A DNA stretch of 64,000 bases from Eledone cirrhosa (taxonomy: Eukaryota), in NCBI GenBank assembly GCA_964016885.1, contig OZ024741.1, forward strand, positions 225,742,001-225,806,000, given 5' to 3'. Under the pieces are notes generated by a model. That model made no database searches. It was not told the DNA's origin and saw nothing but the letters and a program-made list of their open reading frames with translations. This document shows positions 27,720-39,801 of the stretch, one piece after another. A program made the translations under genes and the position numbers. Every line of letters begins with the position of its first letter. Position 1 is the stretch's first letter.

Positions 27720-30700
27720 CCCAATTCAATGATGTTCCAGAACAATATAAAAGAGATAATTGGCAATTTAAGTTCTGGAACAAAAAAGATAATTGGCAAT
27801 AAGGGCAGGGGCCCCAGGTTATCACAGCCTAGGCCCGCTCGTCGTCGTGCCATTGTAATAGAGCCAAACAAGGCATTTAGTCTTGGCTGCTGGAACGTAC
27901 AGACGCTGCTTGACAGGGATTCCTTGGAGCGTCCTGAACGAAGGACCGCTCTTGTTGCAAACGAGCTTCGAAGTTACAATCTTGACATCGTGGCTTTATC
28001 TGAGACGAGGTTAGCTGGAGATGGTCATCTTACGGAATTTTGTGGAGAATATACATTCTTCTGGAAAGGAAGAGATGAAGGAACCAGAAGAGAGGCTGGG
28101 GTAGGATTTGCTGCTAAGACTGTACTTGTGAACAAATTAGAAAAATTCCCAGTAGGGATTAGTGAGCGTCTTATGTCCATGTGTGTTCCGCTGGACAAGG
28201 GAAGATATGCTACCCTGGTGAGTGTGTATGCTCCAACTATGAGTTCTGTCGATGAGGAAAAGGTGTCCTTTTACCATGCCTTGAAAGGTGTTTTAAGAAA
28301 TATCCCTCAGGCAGACAAAGTCATCGTGCTTGGTGACTTTAATGCTAGAGTGGGTAGGGATTTTAACACATGGAATGTAATCGGAAGGCATGGGGTGGGA
28401 AAGTGTAACAGCAATGGTATGCTCCTGCTGCAGATGTGTGAGGAACTGGATCTGTGTATTACCAACACCATGTTCCAACAAAAGAACAAATTCAAGACCA
28501 CATGGATGCATCCTGCATCTAAGGAATGGCATCTTTTGGACTACGTCCTAGTCAGGATGCGTGACAGACAGGATGTGCGGTGTGTTCGTGTTCTTCGTGG
28601 AGCTGAGTGCTGGACGGACCACCGCCTGGTACGCGCAAAAGTGAAACTAAACACTAAACGTAAAATCCGGGCTCCTGGTGTTGCTCTGCCCAAAAGATTG
28701 AATGCTGCTCGTCTTAAGGATAAAAATGTGAAGAGGACATTAGAAGAAGAGATGCAGGCTACAGATCTTGGTGAGGATTGGCCGACCCTTAAAAAGTCGG
28801 TTTATGATGTAGACAGGCATGTTCTGGGATTGGCGCAGAGGAAACATCAGGACTGGTTTAATGAGAATGATGTACATATAGAAGACTTGTTGGCTGATAA
28901 GAGGCTTGCTCTGTCACGCTACTTGACGGCAAAACCACAGGAGAGGAATACGTTGCATGAGGAATTCAGGGATGTAAAATCACGTGTTAGGCGGAGTCTT
29001 TCTCAGATGAAGGATCAGTGGTGGAGTGAGAAGGCTGGTGAGATACAAACTGCGTCTGATTCCAATAACACAAAGCTGTTGTACAATCTCTTGCGTGAGG
29101 TTTATGGACCGTCTTCTTCTCTGGTGACACCGCTTCGCAGCAGGGATGGCAAAGAACTTCTTCGTGACTCACAAGGAATTCTACGAAGGTGGCGAAGCAC
29201 TTTGATGATCTTTTGAATCAGCCGTCTGTCGTCAGTGAAGATTTCCTCAATCTCATTCCAGAAAGTCCTGTGAAAGTAGCTCTCGCAGAACCTCCGACGC
29301 TTGTGGAGGTTTCAGTGGCTATTTCGAAGCTGAACAGTGGAAGATCTCCAGGTATGGATGGCATACATGCTGAGCTCCTACAATATGGTGGTGAGAGACT
29401 CCTGCAACATCTTTACTCTTTGTTTGGCAGGATATGGGCTAATGAATCCGTACCTGAGGACTGGAGAGATGCAGTAATGGTGGTCTTGTACAAGGGAAAG
29501 GGTAACAGGAATGATTGTGGGAACTACAGAGGTATATCATTGCTTTCTGTCGTAGGGAAAGTTTTATGTAGGGTGCTTCTGGACCGTCTGCTGACACACA
29601 TAGCAGATTGTGTTCTTCCTCAAAGTCAATCTGGTTTTCGTGCTGGACGCGGCACTACTGATATGATCTTCTCAGCTAGACAGCTCCAGGAGAAGTGCAT
29701 GGAACAAGGCTTGGATCTGTATCAGGTTTTTGTCGATCTGACAAAAGCTTTCGATACTGTTAACAAAGATGCATTATGGAAGGTTCTCCAGAAACTTGGT
29801 TGCCCTGATAAGTTCCTTGCTTTAGTTAGGTCTTTCCATGACGACATGAAGACTTGGGTTAATGTCGGGGGTAACATGTCGGAGCCTATCTCAGTAAAAA
29901 ATGGAGTGAAACAGGGGGATATTCCAGCACCGACCCTGTTTGCCATATACTTTGCAATGGTTTTCTGTATTGCATTCAGGAATTGCGAGCATGGTGTTTA
30001 CATGCCATATCGAACCTCAGGCAGCATATTTAACATCAGGCGCTTTGCTGCGAAGACAGAAGTATTTACATCAATCATATGAGACCTCTTGTATGCAGAT
30101 GATTGCGATCTGGTAGCGCACACAGAGAGTGATATGCAGCACATTTTGAATGCATTTTCTGACGCTTGCACTGCCCTAGGTCTGACTGTCAGTCTCAAGA
30201 AAACCGTCGTCATGTACCAACCTGCCCCTGGTAAGCAGTACACTGAACCAAACATCTATGTGTATGGCAAACGACTTGGAGTGGTTGATCAGTTTGTCTA
30301 CCTGGGAAGCACTGTCAATCGATACAGCAACCTTGACAGTGAAATCTCACTTAGGATTAGAAAAGCAAGTGATGCTTTCGGAAAGCTAGAAAGGCGACTC
30401 TGGGGTCGGCGAGACATATGCAGGAGGACAAAGGTAAAGGTGTACAGGGCATGTGTGCTCTCTTGTCTTCTTTATGCCTGCGAGACCTGGGTCACATATC
30501 GACACCACCTTAAGCAATCGGAGCGTTTCCATCAGATGTGTCTCAGACGGATCCATGGCGTTCACTAGAGGGACCACATCAGTGATGTCGAGATTTTGGA
30601 AAGCTCTATGTGTGACAGTATAGAAGCTCTTGTGCTTAATCAACGACTCCGTTGGAGTGGTCACCTTGCCAGGATGAATGATTCTAGAATACCAAAACAA

Positions 30701-31490
30701 CTCTTTTATGGAGAGTTGGTTAAAGGAAAACGACCGCCACATAAACCAAAAAAGAGGTATAAGGATTCCTTGAAAGCCTCTCTGAAAGACGCTAACATCT
30801 CTGCTGATACATGGGAGAATATTGCTGCTGATCGTAATAAATGGAGAAAGACTGTATATGAGGGAAAGGTTGGCTTTGAGGCATATCAAATCGCATACGA
30901 GAAAGTAAAGCGGGATGTGAGGAAGGGCATTGCTGTTGCACTTCCAGACGGCGAGGGTCCTCCTATGGTGCTGACATGCAGCGTATGTGCGAGACTCTGC
31001 CTAAGCAAAGCTGGACTCGAAAGTCATCTTCGCAGTCATAAAGTAAGACCAGTGGTTGACTACCAGGCTGCTGTTGGAGATGCTACTCATCATGCTTGCC
31101 AAACATGTGGTAGAGAATGTAAATCAGCAGGAGGGCTCAAGCGACATACAAAAGTACACGAACTCCAACCACAGGCGACTATTCCCAGTAAATGTTTTGG
31201 TTGCCGACTCTGTGCAAGACATTTTAGATCATTGGCTGCGCTAAAAAGCCACATTCGATCGCAGCGTCGTTAGTTGCTATCATGTGTGTGTGTGTGTGTG
31301 TGTAGATATGCTTGTGTGTGTGCGTGTGTGTGTATATATATATGTATATGTATATTAATATTGTTATTATTATTATTATTATTATTATTGTTGTTATTAA
31401 TGTATGTGTGTGAGTATGTGTGTGTGTGTGTGTATATGTATGTATATGTATATATATATATATATTTCTTTTTTTAAATTTTTTTATTTT

Positions 31491-31532
<42 letters not shown>

Positions 31533-31590
31533 TTTTTTTTTTCTTTCTCGTACAATGGCCATACTCGATAACGAGGGGGCAGCCATCATG
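27720..31590 (+). mobile_element. RTE-clade LINE, near full length, disrupted; (ATGT)n tail
   Basis: APE endonuclease + RT + C-terminal fingers. The 3' end tggccatactcgataacgagggggcagccatc(atgt)n is also at 32810 and 44605. Confidence 0.93.
27840..31273 (+). pseudogene. RTE ORF: AP endonuclease + reverse transcriptase + 3 C2H2-like fingers; frameshift ~29190, stops at 30080 and 30566
   Basis: WNVQTL, ALSETR, VYAPT, LGDFNA, LDYVL, TDHRLV; NYRGISLLS, QSGFR, FVDLTKAFD, GVKQG, LYADD, FVYLGS, RLRWSGHLARM. Confidence 0.93.
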
Positions 31591-31662
31591 TATGTATGTA
31601 ACTATGTATGTGTATCTGTATGTATGTATGTATGTGCGTGTGTATATATGTATGTATGTATA

Positions 31663-32160
31663 GAGGGTGAATTTGGACATCCTGCATGTCTAAAAACACA
31701 ACCTGTCAAAGGGCAAACGAGCTCTTAAGAGTCAATGGTCATCAAAAATCACCGGGAGAGATGACCCCTTAGCCTTTGTCGAGGCAGAATTCTAGGAGAA
31801 GGAAAACTCTGATATAAAACCTGCAACTCTGATGGTATTCAATGATGTTGACTAGTTCTTCTTGTTGGTTCTTCTTCTTGGTTAAGAGAGTGGGACTGAC
31901 TTTGTGCAGTGCCTTTGCTCACTATAAAAGCTTCACGGCACAGGCACTGCTTTATATCTGGAGATCTCTCTGCACTTGTCGTCACATGGTACCATGGGCC
32001 CAGCACTATGTGTCAATAATTGTCACAAGTGTAGTGTTTGTACCAGAGTTTTCAAGTCACTGGCTGGACTAAAAAGCCAGACTCGTTCAGCCCATCGGTA
32101 GGGGTTCTCCTACATGGATATAAAGTAGTGGCCGTACTCGAAAACGAGTTGGCAGCCACC
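31663..32160 (+). mobile_element. 5'-truncated RTE-derived bipartite element
   Basis: Homologous to 44824-45320. Ends ggcagccacc(atgt)n. Confidence 0.75.
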
Positions 32161-33612
32161 ATGTATGTATGTTCTTCTGGTTTTATAATTTCACAAATTT
32201 TTCCCAATAGAGAGAGTCGGTTTCAAACATAGACTCAAGGCTTTCTCATTGAAATTAGGTAGATTATGTATGCATGCATGTGTATATATGGATGTTATTG
32301 TATGTATGTATATATGTATGTATGTATGTATGTTTATGTCGGGTCACTGCAGCCCAAAAACAAAACCTGACAAAGGTCGGAAGAACTCTTAAGGATCAGC
32401 AGCCATCCAAAAGTGTATAAATATGTATATACACATGTACATGTGTATGTATATGTATATGTGTATATACATGGGTGCATGTGTATGCATATGCGCGGGG
32501 ACATAGAAATAGTCTGGCTGGACATCTGATCGCGCGGTTAAACCACTGGGAGCGAAGGACTCCTAGCCTTTGCCAGGGCATACTTCTAGGAGAAGACAAC
32601 TCAGGAAACTGGGATAACTCTGATATAAAACCTGCGGCTCAGTAGTTAACGATGATGTTGATCTTTTCTTCTTTTCGGGTTATAGCTACTGCCGCTCAGA
32701 GAGTGGGATTGGCTCAGTGCACAGTCTTTTCTCACTTTAAAAAATATCTTCACGCACAGGCATTGCACGATAGAATTAATTAATAATTATCAATAATGGT
32801 ATATCGTGCAATGGCCATACTCGATAACGAGGGGGCAGCCATCATCATGTATGTATTTATGTATGTGTGCTTGCGCGTGTGAGAGTGTGAGCAATGAAGA
32901 AGTAATGCCCATCATTGCACCTAAGACGAAAATATTGCAAATGTTATTACTGTGTACATTTATTAATTTTACTAGCGACGTAAACATTATTACTGTGGTC
33001 ATTTAGTAAGTTTACTTCAAATAACATGCAAACTAAACATGTATTTTTCAATTCTCTTCCTGTCATATGGGTATACAAAATAGATTCAACTAGTGCTTAA
33101 CTAGATTATGAGCTTTCTGCAATCATTGTTGTTACAGAATACCGAAGTATGTGACAGCGAAAGTTTAGAAAGATTTGCTTTAGTGTACCTGATCTGAATG
33201 TCAGATTAGCTACGCTAAAAATCAAAGGCGTTGCAGAAACGGAATACAGACGCAATGATCATTAGATATGCAACGGTTCGTTAGTATATGATATTAGTGA
33301 GTTCTGCCATGGAAGATAAAAATAATTATGCGACAGAGCAGGCAGCCTTATTCTAGGTGTATATATATATATATACACCTGCTATTCTAGGTGTATATAT
33401 ATATATATATATATGCCTGCTCTGTCGCATAATTATTGTTATATATAGTTCGCATAATTATTTTTATATATAGTTCGGATCTAGCTGTCGAAACGGCCGG
33501 AGCTCATCCGTCGTGGTCCTGACTCTTTCCCTATTACCCACGCTAGTAACCTAAGTATTGAGTTCTCTGGTGCGTTATGGTCCACCTTGCATCTTACCAC
33601 ACCTTCTTTGTT

Positions 33613-33654
<42 letters not shown>

Positions 33655-34107
33655 TAAAATTCCCGAGATTGGTTCTTTTCAGTGGCTGATAATACCTTAC
33701 CGGCGCCACTCGAGTAAGGTAATCATTTAACCCACAAATGGAGCCCTAACAGGTACTACTACACCGAGCCAAAGCAGAGCTGGGAGTGATAACATCTAAG
33801 GGGTAACTCCACATTCCCCACAGCTCCTGAACTCCCGAACTGGAGCCTTGCCATATATATATAAATACATGTTGAAATATCCGAGACCCCCAGGAGACAA
33901 GCGATGAGGATCCCCCCCTCCCCGCTTTTGCTCTCTTCTTATTCTCATTCCATTTTTAAGCCTAACTTAACTAGCAACTACACAGCCATCCTATATATAT
34001 AATTGGCTAAGTAACCTATTGAAAAATGGAAATAATATTCAGTGATGGTTCCTACATTGCTTCCTCAGCATATTTAACAACATAATCATATTGAAAGTTC
34101 TACTAAT

Positions 34108-34287
34108 AATTGTTTCTACTTTTGGCACAAGGCCAGCAATTACCCCAGTGCATTACTGGTACTTTATTTTATCGACCCCGTAAGGATGAAAGGCAAAGTT
34201 AACCTCGGCTGGATTTCAACTCAGTGTGGCAAGAGCCGTAACTCTATGCGTCAAAGCATGGCGTCCGACCCTCTACCGATACTACCA
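34108..34287 (-). mobile_element. tRNA-derived Meta-like SINE
   Basis: Near-identical to 23105-23290. Confidence 0.8.
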
Positions 34288-34523
34288 AACTAATAATGAT
34301 TTCTAATTCATGAACAAGGTCGGCAAATTTTAGGAGAAAGGAAAGTTGACCTCGATGTGATTTCAAACCACAACGAAAGAGCTAGAGCAAATACGGCTAA
34401 GCATTTGACCGACGCTTTAACGATTCTGCCAATCTGTCAACCTTAGTAAGAGTTTCTAATTCTAGTACAAGGCCAGCAATGTTTTTGGTGGTGGTGTGAA
34501 GTAGATCACATCGTCACAGTATT

Positions 34524-35600
34524 TGACAGCTACTTGTCGCGCGCTCTCGTCGGGGAGGTTCTCAGCCAGACAGCCAAACATAACCTGGCCCCCGAGATGG
34601 AACAGGCGCTGGCCTACTGAACAGGCGAAGGTTTCTCTATCCCCCAGTATACCACGGTCCAACGTAACTGGGTCGACACCAATTGCAGGTCCTCTCTCAG
34701 GCGGATCAAGTCCGGCTTGGGCCAACACCTGCTTCCGCTCCTCTTCTCAGCCCAACATCGGCGCGTGGCTCAATTCGATGCCCTCCTCATCAACCGGTAC
34801 CCTACTTGCTGATGAGTGCACTCGCATCCGAGTAGCCCAACAACCTGGCCTTCGCCTGTGTGAGCCACATAAATGCTGCTGCAGAGCGGTTGTTGACAAG
34901 TTCGGCCTGCACCCTCTGTCTTACCGCCAGAGTGCAGGCCGATTCCCCAGACAGGTCACTCTTAACTATTGAGAAGAAGCCTGGATGCAGCTGGCTTTCC
35001 ATCTCAACTGGAGCCAGCAGACCTAGACCGCGGAGATGACAAGTGCCCCGACGGAAACACCTTCTTCCCCTTCGAAGGCGGTAGATCCCTCATTAGGGAG
35101 GCCACCTGCTGCGACACGTTCTCCTTCTCCAACTTAGTCACTTTGGCCACAAACCCCGGCATCGCAGCCCGCCTCGCAGAAGAACGTAAACAAATACCTG
35201 GGTTTGTCCGGCCGCTCCCTCTTCACACCGGTCGCCGTCGAAATCTCACGCGTACATGGATCCCCTACTGCCGAACTCCTCCACAAGATCAGATTGTCGG
35301 CGGCCCGCCCGCGGAGGGGGAATCCCGTACTTTGGGTGGCTGTTGCAGCGGGTGCCACTGGCTATCGTCCGGGGGAATGCTTTTGCCGTCTTGTCATCGG
35401 GACGCAGCACTCCTGCCCCCCTTGCCCTAGGCCCGAAGCCGAATTCCCCTCCCTCCTCTCTTCTGCGACACCAGAACTCTTGCCATCCCCCCCTTTTCCG
35501 TTCTTTTTCTTCTCTCTTTCTCTCTTTTTTCTTCTATATTTCTCTAATCTTTCATTCCTTTTGTTTCCCCTTTTTTATTTTTTATTACTAAATAAGGTCT
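34524..35600 (+). mobile_element. Degenerate 3' part of a CRE-like (RLE) non-LTR retrotransposon
   Basis: Frameshifted GAWLNSMPS, GLRLCEPHKCCC...GLHPLS, PSQLEP.DLDRGDDKCPDG, FTPVAVE, LLQRVPLAIVRGNA. Confidence 0.8.
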
Positions 35601-35740
35601 GTTTTTTTGGCTTTTGAATACATATCATTTCTTGATGATGTAAATTTTTGCTAAAAATAAAGCGAAAGCAAGGTATTTAACACTTAGCTCTACATTGCTA
35701 AACCCAATGTTATAGAAAATGAAAAAAAATTTCAACTTAC

Positions 35741-35899
35741 CCAGGAACTCCACCGGCCTCCATCTGGTTGGCCAAAGTGACGTCATTGCTCCAAACATCG
35801 TACTGCCATTTCTTCATTCCAAGTACTCCACACAATACCCGTCCGGTGTGTAATCCGACTCGCATATTTAACCGTACTTCTGTTGCTTCACAAACTTTG
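35741..35899 (-). CDS. ADCY1: Internal coding exon of a transmembrane adenylyl cyclase, C1a catalytic domain (type 1/rutabaga-like)
   Basis: 159 nt, phase 2-2, acceptor ttttctctcattaag and donor GG|gtaagt. Translates [53 protein letters not shown]. The family call is firm; the paralogue call is less so. Confidence 0.92.
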
Positions 35900-36165
35900 C
35901 TTAATGAGAGAAAATAATAAAAACAACAAAGTAAATGAGATATTAAAAAGATTCAAACATAAACATTTAGAAAAACTGTATATATATATATAACTGAACA
36001 AAAAAGAAAAACGAACACAGACATATACATATATGTGTTTAAATCGTAAGGGGCCAGATTCGCTAAGGTGAAAATAATACTAACTATAGACAATAGGGTT
36101 TGCCAGTCTCAATTTAAGAATAAATCAAGAAAATAAATACAAACCAGACTTGTGGTAACTACCAA

Positions 36166-36245
36166 TCACCCAGACAGCTTTGATAATACTGCTTCGCAAT
36201 ATTAATTGTGAAGAGGAATACGAATTCTTGCTCATCAGCGGATGA
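36166..36245 (-). ncRNA. Hammerhead motif with core substitution (GAAGC), left arm of fold-back 35990-36760
   Basis: tcatccg-CTGATGA-gcaa...ttgc-GAAGC-agt...gct-GTC-tgggtga. Confidence 0.6.
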
Positions 36246-36641
36246 AGAATTATTAGTATCCTGGTCACTTATAAGTATATTAAACAACTGAATAGTGTGC
36301 CTATATATAACAACGCACATGGTATCAACACATATATGTATATGTCTGTGTTCGTTTTTCTTTTTTGTTCAGTTATATTATACGGCTCGGAAAAATTTCT
36401 TTCCTAGAGCTAATTTATTGTAAGAGACTATTTTGAGTTTCTAACTCAATATATGCCTTTGATATATTCGGCTCCGTCTATTCGTCGGGCCAATTCAAAT
36501 GTCGAGTAAACCCGGCTGCTATTTTTAGTGGTGTGAGTTTGCGAGACACGTTAAGTTGAGATACCATGTGCGTTGTTATGTTTACGCACACTATTCAGTT
36601 TTTTTAATATATTTAGAAGTGACCAGGATACTAATAATTCT

Positions 36642-36720
36642 TCACCCACTGATGAGCAAGAATTCGTATTCCTCTTCACATTCATATTGCGAAACAGTAC
36701 TATCAAAGCTGTCCGGGTGA
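36642..36720 (+). ncRNA. Type I hammerhead ribozyme, right arm of fold-back
   Basis: tcaccca-CTGATGA-gcaa...ttgc-GAAAC-agt actatcaaa gct-GTC-cgggtga. Confidence 0.72.
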
Positions 36721-36762
36721 TTGGTAGTTACCACAATTCCGGTTTGTATTTACTTTCTTGAC

Positions 36763-37248
<486 letters not shown>

Positions 37249-37249
<1 letters not shown>

Positions 37250-37437
37250 AGAAAGAATGCATCTCCTTAATTCATCAGCCACGATATCTGGAACCTTCAA
37301 AATGTATAAAACATTACTACAATTCAAATCATGAGCTATTGCACAAGAGACAACAAATATATTCTTTTCTTCACAATTTTACTTCCGGGAAGATTGCCGG
37401 TGAAAAATAAACTGAAAATTACGAGAAAGAGACAATA
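37249..37437 (+). mobile_element. 3' fragment of an R4/Dong-type family related to the full-length copies, ending in (TACA)n
   Basis: ISGTFKMYKTLL C-terminus and a 3'UTR resembling 39802-39900. Reverse complement of 49445-49632. Confidence 0.75.
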
Positions 37438-37647
37438 CTTACATACATACATGCATACATACATACATACATACATACATACATACATACATACATACAT
37501 ACATACATACATACATACATACATAACGCCAGCACCAACAGTTTTGCAAGAGATGCCAACATGAATGGACTTGTTATTTTTATCTAAAGACATTTTTTTT
37601 CCCATTCCAACCCGCCCGTCCCCTCAATCTATCTTATTTCTCCTTCT

Positions 37648-37685
37648 GTCTTCTGATGAAGGACTAGCGTCCGAAACATTAAGGC
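37648..37685 (+). ncRNA. Minimal hammerhead motif
   Basis: gtctt-CTGATGA-aggac tagc gtcc-GAAACATT-aaggc. One substitution in the ACGT palindrome relative to 22331. Confidence 0.55.
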
Positions 37686-37768
37686 CCTCTACCTGCTATA
37701 TCAAGCGTTGACCTAATATATCCCTTCCATATACTATACCGATAGTGTTGTTATTTCTGTTTACCTTC

Positions 37769-37827
<59 letters not shown>

Positions 37828-37921
37828 ACGCTTACGTGGAGCTCATAAAATTCGAAACTGGATACCAACTCGGAGTACACCTGAACTTCCACCAGGAAAT
37901 CTTTCGTATCATTGAAATTTT

Positions 37922-37961
<40 letters not shown>

Positions 37962-37964
37962 ATA

Positions 37965-38229
37965 TATAAGGTTGTCTTTTTTTCAGGGTATGTTAATATT
38001 TATTTATAAAACTAATCTGTATTATATTTTATCTGATGAAAGCGCACCATAATTTGCCTTGGTGGCCCTTGAAATATGTTTAATAAAATAAATATGGTTT
38101 TATAAATATAGTTTCCATTTGTTAATATATTGTACATTTACTCCACTAATTTGTTGAGTGCTTTATATCAGTTATAATTTTAAAAAAATGTTTAAGCTTG
38201 TTGAATCCCAACAATTTAAATATAACCTC

Positions 38230-38292
<63 letters not shown>

Positions 38293-38715
38293 TGATATTA
38301 AATAAATGGAAACTATATTCATAAAAACATATTTATTCCATTATATATATTTCAAGGGTACCAAAACTTTGGTACGCTCTCATCAGATAAACTACAAAGT
38401 TTGTTTTATGAATATTGACATAATCAGGAAGAAGAACTTAACGGTTCTAGTTTTTCTAGGAAAAACTTGAACCGTTAAGCCTGGTTATGTCAATATTTAT
38501 AAAACAAACTTTGTATTCTATCTGATGAGTGGGTACCAAAGTTTTGGTACCCTTGAACTATATATAATGGAATAAATATGTTTTTATCAATATAGTTTCC
38601 ATTTATTTAATATCATTTAATATTATACTCCAGAAACTTTGTTGAGTGCTTTGAATCAGTTATAAACATTTATATTTGTTGAATTACCAACAAATTGAAT
38701 GTCCCTTTTGCTTAT
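37965..38715. repeat. (TA)n-flanked HHR repeats: 38025-38090 (+), and fold-back pair ~38334-38394 (-) / 38515-38574 (+)
   Basis: CTGATGA-stem II (gcacca/tggtgg or gtaccaaa/tttggtac)-cttGAAAT...TA. Same family as 17706. Confidence 0.65.
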
Positions 38716-38724
38716 ATATATATA

Positions 38725-38819
<95 letters not shown>

Positions 38820-39000
38820 ATATGACTTCTACAGGACTAGTTCTGATCCTATCGTTTGAAGCCACATAGATACATTTTCTGGTGACTATAAATGAACAAA
38901 ACAGTTCTGGTCAGGTAAAAGATATGCACCATCTCCATAATATATTGAGTACCTTATTCCTTATTTAGCTCTGGTTCGCTTCTAGTCATCGATTGAAAAA

Positions 39001-39096
<96 letters not shown>

Positions 39097-39358
39097 GAGG
39101 GGGATGTGTGTGTAACGACATTATACGAAGCAGGACTTGAATATAAAATCAAGCAGCATGTTGAAGCAAATATATAATTTATTCTGTACAGAGGTAAAAT
39201 ATATATATCTATTTATCTTAACATCTAACTTAATTTTATTTCCAAGTGTGTCGTTAAATTAGCATCACTTATATCTCAGGATATTAATGCTTAAAACTAA
39301 TCGCTTTGCGAAAGAATATAATTTCGGTTAACTTACATATTCCCGATTATACTTACCA

Positions 39359-39603
39359 GTATGTATGTATGTATGTATGTATGTATGTATGTATGTATGT
39401 ATGTATGTATGTATGTATGTATGTATGTATGTATGTATGTATGTATGTATGTATGTATGTATGTATGTATGTATGTATGTATGTATGTATGTATGTATGT
39501 ATGTATGTATGTATGTATGTATGTATGTATGTATGTATGTATGTATGCATGTATGTATGTATGTGTGTATGTATGCATGCATGTATGTATGTATGTATGT
39601 ATG
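39359..39603. repeat. Long (TATG)n microsatellite
   Basis: About 60 near-perfect tetramers. Confidence 0.95.
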
Positions 39604-39760
39604 TTCTTCTGGTTTTATAATTTCACAAAGTTTTCCCAATAGAAAGAGAGTCGGTTTCTAACATAGACACAAGACTCGCTCATTGGAATTTACACAACAT
39701 CAACTAGGTAGATATGTATGTACCCATGCATGTGTAGATATGGATGTTATTATATGTGTG
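39604..39760 (-). mobile_element. ~150-bp 3'UTR-only copy of the R4/Dong-type family of 23623 (others at 32172, 43601, 43890, 44179)
   Basis: Identical 3' junction gtatg|ttcttctggttttataatttcacaaag in every copy. Confidence 0.82.
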
Positions 39761-39801
39761 GTATGTATGTATGTATGTATGTATGTATGTATGTATGTAT
39801 G

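Noticed and set aside
19841-36720. Selective inactivation of HHRs in sense orientation to the cyclase gene
   Set aside because: True for 36166 but opposite for 19841/21526, and other sense copies are intact, so there is no consistent bias.
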